Notes under the pieces: generated by a model
Database searches by the model: none
Seen by the model: only the letters and a program-made list of their open reading frames with translations
Told to the model about the DNA's origin: nothing
From: an uncultured Bifidobacterium sp.
GTDB lineage: Bacteria; Pseudomonadota; Gammaproteobacteria; Burkholderiales; Burkholderiaceae_D
Direction: 5' to 3'
NCBI GenBank assembly: GCA_964634245.1
Contig: CAZWIE010000002.1
Location: forward strand, 108,793 to 172,792
Length of the DNA: 64,000 bases
Shown here: one piece after another, positions 37,928 through 47,308 of the stretch
How positions within the stretch are numbered: the first letter of the stretch is position 1
Layout: each line of letters begins with the position of its first letter
Made by a program: the position numbers and the translations under genes

Positions 37928-40474
37928 CTATCGAAGGTTCTTGTCGGTCTGCACGCGCTGCAGCCGCAGCGCATTGAGCACCACCAGCGCCGAGCTGGCC
38001 GACATGCCGACACCTGCCATCCACGGTGTCAGCAAGCCAAAGGCAGCGGCCGGTATCGCGACCAGATTGTAGATCGTCGCCCACCACAGGTTCTGCCGAA
38101 TCACGCGCATGCTGTCCGCGGCCGCACGCGCCGCATCCAGCAAGGATGCCAGGCTGGCATGCAGTAGCACCGCATCCGCATGCGACTGCGCCAGCGCTGC
38201 GCCCGAACCCATCGCGAACGATACATCGGCAGCCTTCAGCACGGCGGCATCGTTGATGCCGTCGCCGACCATCGCCACGACCGCGCCCTGCCGCTGAAGC
38301 TGCTGCACGTACTCCATCTTTTGCGCCGGCAGCATGCCGCCATGCGCTTCATCGATCTGCAAGTGCCGCGCGACCTCGCCCGCAATCGCCGGTGCATCAC
38401 CGGACAGCAGCACGGTCCGGCAGCCGCGCTCGCGGAACCAGGAGATCGCCGCACCGGCATCGGCCTTGATCGCATCGGCCAATTCGAAACGCGCGATCCA
38501 TTCACCGTCAGTGCCGAGAAAGACTTCGGAGACGCCGGCTGCCTCAGCCACCGGCACGGCCTTGCCCTCGGTGCCTGCCAGTTCGGCGACCCAGGCCGCG
38601 CTGCCCAAGCGCCAGCGCCTGCCCTCGACATCGGCGGCGATGCCGCAGCCCGGTACAGATTGCATCGCGCTTGCCTGCGGCAGCATGACCTTCGCGCCGG
38701 CTTGCGCGGCGGTGAAGGCTTGCGCGATCGGATGCGCGCTACCGGATTCGAGTGCGGCCGCGATGCGCAGTGCCGAGGCTTCATCGATGCTGCCCAGGAT
38801 GACAGTTCGCTGCAGTGAAGGCTTGCCTTCGGTCAGCGTGCCCGTCTTGTCGAACACGACATGCGTCGCGCGGTGCAAGGTCTCCAGCACATGCGGCTGT
38901 ATCACCAGCACGCGCTGCCGCAGCAGGCGCTCGGTGGCTGCGGCCAATGCCGACGGCGTGGCCAGCGACAACGCGCACGGGCAAGACACGACCAGCACCG
39001 CAATCGCCACCGGCCATGCGCGCGCGGCGTCATGCCAGTACCAGAACGCGAACACGGCAACCGCCAGCAGCAGCAGCGCCGCGACAAACCATGCGGCGAC
39101 ACGGTCGGCCCATTGCGCAATCTTCGGCTTGCCCTGCCCGGCGCGCTCGACCAGCCGCACCAGCGCCGCCAGCGTGCTGTCACGCGCGACTTTCTCGACG
39201 CGCAGGTAAACAGGCTGGCTGACATTGACAGCACCACCGGCGACCGACTCGCCGATGCGGCGCGGCTGCGGCTTGCTCTCGCCGGTCAGCAGCGACAGAT
39301 CGACCGTAGTCTCGCCGTCGAGCAGCACGCTGTCGGCCGGGATGGTCTCGCCGGGCTTTGCCAACACCACATCACCGGCGCGCAGCTGCGCGGCCGCGAC
39401 TTGCTGCAGATCGCGCACCGCCGGCCAGCCCGGCACCAGCCATGCGGCGTCCGGCAGCGCATGCTGCAAGGTCTCCAGCGATCCGGCTGCCCGACGCCGC
39501 GCCACCAGTTCGAGGTAGCGGCTGCCGAGCAGCAGGAAGATGAACATCGTGACCGAATCGAAATACACATCGCCCTGCCCGGTCACGGTGGCCCATACGC
39601 TGCCGACAAAGGCGGCCACAATGCCCAGCGCCACCGGCACGTCCATGCCGGGCGCGCGTGCCTTCAGGTCCGACCAGGCGCCTTGATAGAAAGGCAGCGC
39701 CGAATAGAACACCGCCGGTGCCGTCAGCGCGAGGCTGGCCCAGCGCATCAGCGCTTCCATGTCGGGCTCGATGGCGCCGGCCTCGGCCACGTAGGCCGGC
39801 ACCGCGTACATCATCACCTGCATCATCGACAAGCCGGCGACGAACAGCCGCTTGAACAGCGTGCGCGCATTCTTGCGCAGCCGTTCGCCGTGCTGAATCG
39901 GGTCATAGGGGTAGGCGACATAGCCGACTTCGCGCACCGCATGCAGGATGTCGCTGGGCTTGCACTGCGCGGCATCCCAGCGCACTTGCAGTTTTTCGGT
40001 GGCCACATTCAGGCTGGCCGACTGCAGGCCCGGCACTTGCGACAGGCGCTTTTCGATCAGCCACACGCAAGCGGCACAGCGTATGCCTTCGACCGACAGC
40101 AGCGCTTCGGCGCCGCCCTCGGTATTCGTGAATTGCGACGCCAGTTCCGGCGCGTCATACAGCTTCAGCGCATCGGGCACCAGTTGCGCCTGACCGCCGG
40201 CAGCGCCGTCGGGCCATTGCTGGCGATTGCGGTAAAAGTCTTCGAGACCATTGTCGACGATGGATTGCGCCACGGCCTCGCAACCGGGGCAGCACATGGC
40301 GCGCGGCAGCTCGTCGATGACGACCGACCAATGGCTGCCGACAGGTACCGGCAGGCCGCAATGGAAGCAGGAGGGATCGCTGACCGTTGAACTGGATACG
40401 GCGCCGGCTGCGGTGCCGGCTGCGGTGCCGGTCGCGATATCGGCAGCTGCATTGCCTGGCATGGCGGTGGTCAT
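37928..40474 (-). CDS. ccoI: Copper-translocating P1B-type ATPase CcoI/FixI
   Basis: CFHCG, CCPGC, CAAC, TGES, CPCAL, DKTGTLT, HP, GDGIND; ATGA overlap with the upstream gene. Confidence 0.95.
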   Translation of the reverse strand: MTTAMPGNAAADIATGTAAGTAAGAVSSSTVSDPSCFHCGLPVPVGSHWSVVIDELPRAMCCPGCEAVAQSIVDNGLEDFYRNRQQWPDGAAGGQAQLVPDALKLYDAPELASQFTNTEGGAEALLSVEGIRCAACVWLIEKRLSQVPGLQSASLNVATEKLQVRWDAAQCKPSDILHAVREVGYVAYPYDPIQHGERLRKNARTLFKRLFVAGLSMMQVMMYAVPAYVAEAGAIEPDMEALMRWASLALTAPAVFYSALPFYQGAWSDLKARAPGMDVPVALGIVAAFVGSVWATVTGQGDVYFDSVTMFIFLLLGSRYLELVARRRAAGSLETLQHALPDAAWLVPGWPAVRDLQQVAAAQLRAGDVVLAKPGETIPADSVLLDGETTVDLSLLTGESKPQPRRIGESVAGGAVNVSQPVYLRVEKVARDSTLAALVRLVERAGQGKPKIAQWADRVAAWFVAALLLLAVAVFAFWYWHDAARAWPVAIAVLVVSCPCALSLATPSALAAATERLLRQRVLVIQPHVLETLHRATHVVFDKTGTLTEGKPSLQRTVILGSIDEASALRIAAALESGSAHPIAQAFTAAQAGAKVMLPQASAMQSVPGCGIAADVEGRRWRLGSAAWVAELAGTEGKAVPVAEAAGVSEVFLGTDGEWIARFELADAIKADAGAAISWFRERGCRTVLLSGDAPAIAGEVARHLQIDEAHGGMLPAQKMEYVQQLQRQGAVVAMVGDGINDAAVLKAADVSFAMGSGAALAQSHADAVLLHASLASLLDAARAAADSMRVIRQNLWWATIYNLVAIPAAAFGLLTPWMAGVGMSASSALVVLNALRLQRVQTDKNLR

Positions 40475-41262
40475 CGCACATGCCCCGGCGTGATACACAC
40501 GCTGTCGAGCCAGCCATACGACAGGCCGGTACCGACGCGCACCAGACCGAGCACGCCGAAGGCCAGCACCAGTGCGCCGGCCGCCACGCGCACGCGCGGG
40601 CGCTGCAGGAAAGACTGCATCGATGTGCCGGCAATGCCGATCGAGAACAGCAGCGGCAAGGTACCGAGACCGAAGGCCAGCATCACCAGCGCGCCCTGCG
40701 CTGCGGAACCCGTCAGCAGCGCCGTCATCAGCACGCTGTACACCATGCCGCACGGTACCCAGCCCCACAGCCCTCCCAATGCCAGCGCCTGCCATGCATG
40801 CTGCACCGGCAGCAGCCGGCGGATGGCCGGTTGCACCCGGCGCCAGAGCAGTTGCCCGGCCTGCTCGACGCGCGCCAGTCCATGCCAGGCATTCATCAGC
40901 GTCAGGCCCAAAGCGACCAGCATTGCATTAGCAAGCCAATAAGCGGCGGTCTGCACGATGGCGACATTGATCAGCGCCGGCACGCTGCCGAGCAGGCCTG
41001 CCAGGGCCCCGGCGATCGCATAACTGCCGATGCGGCCGGCGTTAAAGGCGAGCACGCGCGTGCCGCTGTCCGCAGCGGCAGCAAGGAAAGTGGCCGGACC
41101 GGCCGGCGGGTCTGCCGGAGCAGCAGTGACAGCGACAGGAAATGGACGGCGGCCGGGCGTCGCGATCGAAAACGCGCTGACGATGCCGCCGCACATGCCC
41201 ACGCAATGCACGCCGCCCAGCAGGCCGATCACGAAGATCGGCAGGAGCGCGATGGATTCCAA
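40471..41262 (-). CDS. TauE/SafE (DsbD_2-like) membrane protein of cco clusters
   Basis: GGVHCVGMCGG and WGWVPCGMVYS motifs. Confidence 0.9.
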   Translation of the reverse strand: MESIALLPIFVIGLLGGVHCVGMCGGIVSAFSIATPGRRPFPVAVTAAPADPPAGPATFLAAAADSGTRVLAFNAGRIGSYAIAGALAGLLGSVPALINVAIVQTAAYWLANAMLVALGLTLMNAWHGLARVEQAGQLLWRRVQPAIRRLLPVQHAWQALALGGLWGWVPCGMVYSVLMTALLTGSAAQGALVMLAFGLGTLPLLFSIGIAGTSMQSFLQRPRVRVAAGALVLAFGVLGLVRVGTGLSYGWLDSVCITPGHVR

Positions 41263-41286
41263 AACTTGCGATTCAGGCTTACGGTT

Positions 41287-42726
41287 TCAGAAGGTACGGG
41301 AATAGCGTTGCTGGGGAACGCCTGTCTGTGATTGTAACTGCCGTGCCTCATGCAGGTGGCGATCAAAGACCATGCAGACATTACGGATCAGCAGCCGCCC
41401 CTTCAGGGTGACAGTGATCCAGTCATCGTCGAGGGTGACCAGGCCAAGTTCGGCCAGTTCCTTCAGCGCTTCCAGTTCGCGCGTGAAGTAGGCCTTGAAG
41501 GTGATCGGGTACGCTTGTTCGAGCGAACGCAGCGACAGCTCGAAATTGCACATCAACATCTGGATGATGAAGCGGCGCAGCACATCGTCCAGCGACAGCG
41601 TATAGCCACGCACCACCGGCAGCTCGCCGCTGTCGAGATGGTCGTAATACTCGTCGAGCGTCTTGGCATTCTGGCTGTAGCACATGCCGACCGAGCTGAT
41701 GGCCGAGACGCCGACCGCGACGAGATCGGCTTCCGCATGGGTCGAATAGCCCTGGAAGTTGCGGTGCAGCCGGCCCTGACGCTGCGCAATCGCCAGTTCG
41801 TCATCGGGCTTGGCGAAGTGGTCCATGCCGATGTAGATGTAGCCGGCGTCATTCAGGCGCCGGATGCACAAGGCCAGCATGTCGAGCTTGGCGTCAGAGC
41901 TTGGCAGCTCATCCTCGTTGATGCGGCGCTGCGGCTTGAACAGATGCGGCAGGTGCGCGTAATGGTAGACAGCGATACGGTCCGGGTTGGCCGCGATCAC
42001 CTTGTCGAGAGTCTGGTTCATCGACATCACGGTCTGCTTGGGCAGGCCGTAGATCAGGTCGATGCTGACCGAGCGAAATCCCGCGTCGCGCGCCGCCTGG
42101 ATCACGCCCAGCGTGGCCGCTTCCGGCTGAATGCGGTTGACGGCCTTCTGCACTTCGTCATCGAAGTCCTGCACACCGAGGCTGATGCGGTTGAAGCCCT
42201 GACTGCGCAGGATGTGGATGCGCTCGGTGGTCACGCTGCGCGGGTCGACCTCGATCGAGTATTCGCCCTTTTCATCGTCGGCCAGCAGGAACCAGCGGCG
42301 GATGACCTGCATCAGGTCGTCCATCTGCGCATCGGACAGGTAGGTGGGCGTGCCGCCGCCGAAGTGCAGCTGCTCCACATGATTGGCGCCGGCGAACAGC
42401 TTGCCCTGCATGGCGATCTCGCGTTTCAGGTAGCCGAGGTAGGTGGCCGCCTTCTCGCGGTTCTTGGTGACGATCTTGTTGCAACCACAGTAGTAGCAGA
42501 CCGTGTCGCAGAACGGGATGTGCACATACAGCGACAAGGGATGACGAGCGCCGCGCGACTGCGCATGACTGACCGCCTGCAGGTAATCCTTGTAACCGAA
42601 TTGATCGGAGAAGCGGTCAGCCGTCGGGTAAGACGTGTAGCGCGGGCCGGACTGCGACAGCCGACGGATCAGGCCGCCGTCGAATTCAACATGCTGGACA
42701 GGATGGATTGCTACTGTTGAAACCAT
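41287..42726 (-). CDS. hemN: Oxygen-independent coproporphyrinogen III oxidase
   Basis: GPRYTSYPTA, radical-SAM CDTVCYYC, HFGGGTP, LHRNFQGY. Confidence 0.96.
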   Translation of the reverse strand: MVSTVAIHPVQHVEFDGGLIRRLSQSGPRYTSYPTADRFSDQFGYKDYLQAVSHAQSRGARHPLSLYVHIPFCDTVCYYCGCNKIVTKNREKAATYLGYLKREIAMQGKLFAGANHVEQLHFGGGTPTYLSDAQMDDLMQVIRRWFLLADDEKGEYSIEVDPRSVTTERIHILRSQGFNRISLGVQDFDDEVQKAVNRIQPEAATLGVIQAARDAGFRSVSIDLIYGLPKQTVMSMNQTLDKVIAANPDRIAVYHYAHLPHLFKPQRRINEDELPSSDAKLDMLALCIRRLNDAGYIYIGMDHFAKPDDELAIAQRQGRLHRNFQGYSTHAEADLVAVGVSAISSVGMCYSQNAKTLDEYYDHLDSGELPVVRGYTLSLDDVLRRFIIQMLMCNFELSLRSLEQAYPITFKAYFTRELEALKELAELGLVTLDDDWITVTLKGRLLIRNVCMVFDRHLHEARQLQSQTGVPQQRYSRTF

Positions 42727-42822
42727 GGGGACACTCGCTCCTCGCCGTGAATGCCATGCGAAGGTGCACGTTCCGGGCTTTTCAGGCGATTCGGAGTCTA
42801 CGGATGCAGCAGGGCAAATTCC

Positions 42823-42836
42823 TTGACTCAGGTCAA
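42823..42836. promoter_or_regulatory. FNR-like box upstream of hemN
   Basis: TTGAC-TCAG-GTCAA. Confidence 0.8.
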
Positions 42837-42850
42837 AAATGACCGGGCGC

Positions 42851-45550
42851 TCATGTGGACGAAGCAGCAAGGTCGAGTTTCATCTCGACGGTGCCATCGC
42901 CGATATTGCTGCGCACCTCGAAGCCAAGCTCGCGCGTCAGGTCCTGGATCGCATGGTTTTCTGACAAGGCTTCACCAACGATCCAGCGTGTGCCGCGCTG
43001 GCGGAAGTAGGCAATCAATTTCGACATCAAGATGTGTCCCAGCCCCATGCCCTTGAGATCGGAACGGATGCAGATCGCGAACTCGGCCTGGTGGTTGTCC
43101 GGGTCGGCCACGCCGCGCACCACGCCCAGCGTCTCGTCGCTGCCATCGCTGCGCAGGCGTACCGCGATGAAGGCCATCTCGCGGTCGTAATCAATCTGCG
43201 TCAGGCGCGCCAGCTGCGAAGGCTGCAACTCGCGCATGTGAATGAAGAAACGCATGCGCACGTCGACCGGGTCAAGCGCCTGCACGAAGCGCACATGCTC
43301 TTCGCTGTCTTCAGGACGGATCGGTCGCAGCACCAATTCTTCCTGCATCCAGGCCATGCGCTCTTCCAGTTCCTGCGGATATGGTCGGATCGCAAGCCTG
43401 TCATGCCGGTGGCGCAAGGCCTGAGGGCGCAGCATGACGCGCGCATCGAGCGCGATCACGCCATCGGCATCGGCCAGCAGCGGATTGATGTCGAGCTCGG
43501 CAACTTCGGGCAACTCGGCGGCAAGGTGCGCGACCTGGATCATCACGCGGCAGACTTCATTGATGTCGGCCGCGGGCCGGTTGCGGTAGCCCCTCAGCAG
43601 CGCGGCCACGCGCGTGCGGTTGATCGTGTCGCGCGCCAGCACCTGGTTGAGCGGCGGCAGCGCGATCGCATGGTCGTGCAGCACCTCCACCGCAATGCCG
43701 CCCTGCCCGAACAGGATCACCGGCCCGAAGATGTGGTCGCTGGTGATGCCGACAATGAGTTCATGCGCGTCTGGCCGGCGCGCCATTGCCTGCACCGTGA
43801 AGCCTTGCAGCCGCGCGCCGGGACGTAGTTGCAGCAAGCGCTGCTGCATGCCGGTGGCGGCGGCTTCGACCGCATCGCCATCGGCGAGGTCGAGCGCAAC
43901 GCCGCCGACCTCGGTCTTGTGGGTCACGTCGGGCGACAGGATTTTTACCGCCACCGGATAGCCGATATGCTCGGCCACTTCCCGCGCCTGCTGCGGCGTG
44001 CTCGCGGTACGCGTGTCGACGATGGGAATGTGACAGGCATCGAGCAGCGCCTTGGCCTCGGGCTCGGTCAGCGTGAAGCGCCCTTCGGCCAGCGCCTTGT
44101 CGATCACGGCGCGCGCGGCCTTCAGGTCGATCGGGTCATGCTGGGTGCCAGCGGCCGGCACCTGCACCAGCAACTGCTGGTTGCGCCGGTATTCCACCGC
44201 CTGCATGAACGCCTGCACCGCTTCTTCCGGCGTACCGAAATGCGCGAGGCCGGCATCGGAAAAAATTTGCCGCGCATTGGCTACCGCAGAGCTCCCCAGC
44301 CAGCAGCTGACGATGTGATGGTGCGACTGCTGCATCATTGGCGCGATGACGCGCGCAATGTCGGCGCTGGGCACGATGGCCGTCGGCGAATGAATGAACA
44401 GGATGGGATTGTCGGGCTGCTTTTCGAGCAGCACTTGCAGCGCGGCCCGGTACCGTTCGACCGGCGCATCACCGATGATGTCGATGGGATTGCCATGCGA
44501 CCAGCTGGCCGGCAGCGCCCGGTTCAAGGCCGTCATCGTCTCGGTCGATAGCGTGGCCAGTCTTCCCCCCGACAGCATCAGGGCATCCGTCGCCATCACG
44601 CCGGGCCCACCGCCGTTGGTGAGGATGATCAGCTCTTCGCTGACCATGGGCTGCACGCGCGACAGGGTCTCGACCGCATCGAACAGCGCATCGGTGGTCA
44701 GCACGCGTAGCATGCCGGCGCGACGGATCGCGGCGTCATATACCGCATCCATGCCAGCCAGTGCGCCGGTGTGCGAGGCGGCGGCCTTCGCGCCCTCGGG
44801 CACGCGTCCGGCCTTGAGCACCAGCACTGGCTTGTTGCGGCCGGCCGCACGCGCGGCCGACATGAACTTGCGCGCGCTGCGCACGTCTTCGATATAAAGC
44901 AGGATGGCGCTGGTCTTGGGGTCCGTGGCCAGGTAGTCGAGCGTATCGCCGAAATCGACATCGGTGGCGTCGCCGAGCGAAATGAAATGCGAAAAGCCGA
45001 TGCCGCGCGAGCGCGCCCAGTCGAGCACGGCCGTTACCAGCGCGCCGGACTGCGACACGAAGGCGATCTTGCCCGGCAGTGCCGAGGTATGCGCAAAGCT
45101 CGCGTTCAGGTGTGCATGCGGCGCGATCAGGCCGACGCAGTTGGGCCCAAGGATACGGAACACCGATGCCTTCGATGCTTCCAGCATCGCTGCGCGGTGC
45201 GAGCGGCCATCACCGTGGTCGGCATCGAGGCCTGCGGTCAGCACGATGCCGGCACGCGTGCCCTTCTCTGCCAGCTGCCGGATCAGGTCGGGTACCGTCG
45301 CGGGCGGCGTGGCGATCACCGCGAGATCTGGCACGGCAGGCAGGCTGGCCACGTCGGGATAGACGGGAACGCCCAGCAATTCGGTATGGCGCGGATTGAT
45401 GGCCATCACGCTGTGCGGCCGCGTGTCGCCGCGGCGGCTGGCGATCAGGTTCGCGAGCACGGTGGCGCCGACACTGTGCGGCCGATCGCTGGCCCCGATC
45501 AGCACGACCGACTTGGGCGAGAACAGGTAGTCAAGGTTGCGTATGCTCAT
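42851..45550 (-). CDS. Pat/YfiQ-type protein lysine acetyltransferase (NDP-forming acyl-CoA ligase-like + GNAT)
   Basis: PKSVVLIGAS, GPNCVG, SQSGA, SHTGAL, NPIDIIGDA, ATP-grasp HKTEVGGV, ELDINPL, and a C-terminal GNAT (DYDREMAF...KGMGLG). Confidence 0.93.
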   Translation of the reverse strand: MSIRNLDYLFSPKSVVLIGASDRPHSVGATVLANLIASRRGDTRPHSVMAINPRHTELLGVPVYPDVASLPAVPDLAVIATPPATVPDLIRQLAEKGTRAGIVLTAGLDADHGDGRSHRAAMLEASKASVFRILGPNCVGLIAPHAHLNASFAHTSALPGKIAFVSQSGALVTAVLDWARSRGIGFSHFISLGDATDVDFGDTLDYLATDPKTSAILLYIEDVRSARKFMSAARAAGRNKPVLVLKAGRVPEGAKAAASHTGALAGMDAVYDAAIRRAGMLRVLTTDALFDAVETLSRVQPMVSEELIILTNGGGPGVMATDALMLSGGRLATLSTETMTALNRALPASWSHGNPIDIIGDAPVERYRAALQVLLEKQPDNPILFIHSPTAIVPSADIARVIAPMMQQSHHHIVSCWLGSSAVANARQIFSDAGLAHFGTPEEAVQAFMQAVEYRRNQQLLVQVPAAGTQHDPIDLKAARAVIDKALAEGRFTLTEPEAKALLDACHIPIVDTRTASTPQQAREVAEHIGYPVAVKILSPDVTHKTEVGGVALDLADGDAVEAAATGMQQRLLQLRPGARLQGFTVQAMARRPDAHELIVGITSDHIFGPVILFGQGGIAVEVLHDHAIALPPLNQVLARDTINRTRVAALLRGYRNRPAADINEVCRVMIQVAHLAAELPEVAELDINPLLADADGVIALDARVMLRPQALRHRHDRLAIRPYPQELEERMAWMQEELVLRPIRPEDSEEHVRFVQALDPVDVRMRFFIHMRELQPSQLARLTQIDYDREMAFIAVRLRSDGSDETLGVVRGVADPDNHQAEFAICIRSDLKGMGLGHILMSKLIAYFRQRGTRWIVGEALSENHAIQDLTRELGFEVRSNIGDGTVEMKLDLAASST

Positions 45551-45609
45551 GGGGCAGCGTAAGAAAGATGTAGCCAGCCGCCACGATGCGTGACGGTACG
45601 GGATGTCGC

Positions 45610-45623
45610 TTGACCTGAGTCAA
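45610..45623. promoter_or_regulatory. FNR-like box upstream of pat (divergent pat/usp region)
   Basis: TTGAC-CTGA-GTCAA, 60-73 bp upstream of the pat start. Confidence 0.75.
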
Positions 45624-45846
45624 ATTCTACAGAAACATCGCAGGCAACCGAGGCCCGCTGCGATGGACGGATACCTGCCCGGGGAATTACGCTAGCAATA
45701 GCATTAGCGGTAGACGTTGCCGGAAGGGGAAGCTACTGATCTGTTACCCTGCGCCAAACTACTGATACCAGTTTTCATACCAAGCCGCCGATGCCGGTGC
45801 TGATCTCTGTGCCGGTCGGACGAAGATACCCGCAGAAAGGATATCC

Positions 45847-46686
45847 ATGAGCTACAAGACCGTGCTGGTCCATGTCGATCAATCCCGCCAGGCGCCGATG
45901 CGCGTGGGCGTCGCCGCCGACATCGCCCGTGCGCAGTCGGCCCATCTGGTCGGCGCAGCGATGACTGGCATCTCGCGCTATGTGTTCGACAGCGGCGCGT
46001 TCAACCCGAACGACCCGACCTTCTCACATCACTTGGAGCACCTGCGCCGTTATGCGAGCGAGGGCCTGCACAAGTTCGAGGCGGTGGCCCGAGCCACCGG
46101 CGTGGACGAGATCGAGGCGCGCGTGGTCGATGATGATGCGGCCGGCGGCATGGCGCTGCAGGCGCGCTATGCCGACCTGACCGTGATCGGCCAGTTCGAT
46201 CCCTCGGAATCGGTACCGGGACTGATGTCGAATTTTCCCGAGCATGTGATCCTGCACAGCGGTCGTCCGGTGCTGGTAGTGCCGTATGCCGGCAGCTTCA
46301 GCGGCAAATTCCGCAAGGCCGTGATTGCATGGGATGGCGGCATGGCGGCCAGCCGCGCGATCGCGGGCGCGCTGCCGCTGCTGGCTGCGGCCGACGCCGT
46401 CGATATCCTGATATTCAACCCGGAGCAGGATGCCGAAGCCCATGGCGAGCAGCCGGGCGCCGACCTTGCGCTGTTCCTCGCGCGCCATGGCGTGAAGGCG
46501 AATGTGCATGCGCACCGCAGCGACATCGATACCGGCAATGCGCTGCTGTCAGTCGCGGCTGACCTCGATGCCGAACTGCTGGTGATGGGTGCCTACGGCC
46601 ATGCCCGCTTCCGCGAAGTGGTGCTGGGTGGCGTTACGCGCACGGTGCTGGCGTCCATGACGATGCCGGTGCTGATGGCGCACTGA
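45847..46686 (+). CDS. Universal stress protein (tandem USP domains)
   Basis: YKTVLVHVD, SGRPVLVVP, IAWDGG, LLVMGAYGH...GGVTRTVL...PVLMAH. Confidence 0.93.
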   Translation: MSYKTVLVHVDQSRQAPMRVGVAADIARAQSAHLVGAAMTGISRYVFDSGAFNPNDPTFSHHLEHLRRYASEGLHKFEAVARATGVDEIEARVVDDDAAGGMALQARYADLTVIGQFDPSESVPGLMSNFPEHVILHSGRPVLVVPYAGSFSGKFRKAVIAWDGGMAASRAIAGALPLLAAADAVDILIFNPEQDAEAHGEQPGADLALFLARHGVKANVHAHRSDIDTGNALLSVAADLDAELLVMGAYGHARFREVVLGGVTRTVLASMTMPVLMAH

Positions 46687-46740
46687 CCTGCACCCCACTG
46701 ACCCGCACCCCACCGACCTGCACCTCACTGACCTGCACGC
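46681..46740. repeat. 15-bp tandem repeat (4 copies)
   Basis: CACTGACCTGCACCC consensus x4, beginning at the last codons of the USP gene. Confidence 0.85.
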
Positions 46741-46792
46741 CAGTACCGGCGCGTGCCACACAAGGCGCCGGTCTGGCAGCATGAGCGGACAA

Positions 46793-47230
46793 TCAGCGGT
46801 AAACCAGCACCGGTATCGACGCGTGCGACAGTACGCGCTGGGTCTCGCTGCCGAGCAGCAGCTTGTCGAGGCCCTTGCGGCCGTGCGAGGCCATCCAGAT
46901 CAGGTCGCAGCTGCGATCGGTCGCGGTCTTGATGATTTCCTCGTAGGGATGGATGCCACGCGTGGCCGTGACCTCGCTGTTGACCTTGGCGGCGGCGGCC
47001 ATTCTGGCGAACTTCTCCATCGCCTGCTGCGCGCTCTTGTCCTGGATTTCTTCGTAAGTCGACAAATCCACCATTGCGCCGGCTTCGGGCATCAGCATGA
47101 ACGGATATAGCTGGGCCACCGACAGCCCCACCACCGATGCACCGGTGGCTACGGCAAAGTCCAGCGCCGCCTGCACCGCCTTGTCCGACAGCGCCGAGCC
47201 ATCGGTAGGTACCAGGATTTTCTTGAACAT
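46793..47230 (-). CDS. Universal stress protein UspA family
   Basis: FKKILVPTDGS, DLIWMASHGRKG, LLGSETQRVL...PVLVYR. Confidence 0.95.
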   Translation of the reverse strand: MFKKILVPTDGSALSDKAVQAALDFAVATGASVVGLSVAQLYPFMLMPEAGAMVDLSTYEEIQDKSAQQAMEKFARMAAAAKVNSEVTATRGIHPYEEIIKTATDRSCDLIWMASHGRKGLDKLLLGSETQRVLSHASIPVLVYR

Positions 47231-47294
47231 GACCGTTCCCCTGTCTGAGCCACGAAGATGCGGCCGACTCTAGCAAACGAACCCTGAAAAAAAA

Positions 47295-47308
47295 TTGACC
47301 GAGGTCAA
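47295..47308. promoter_or_regulatory. FNR-like box upstream of the single-domain usp
   Basis: TTGAC-CGAG-GTCAA, overlapping the srkA stop codon. Confidence 0.75.

Noticed and set aside
40475-40795. Long N-terminal extensions in the ORF track for ccoI, and likewise for hemN, orn, rsgA, aroG, tldD, murB and the multicopper oxidase
   Set aside because: Downstream starts have RBSs or stop-start coupling and match family N-termini. The extensions overlap neighbouring genes or promoters.
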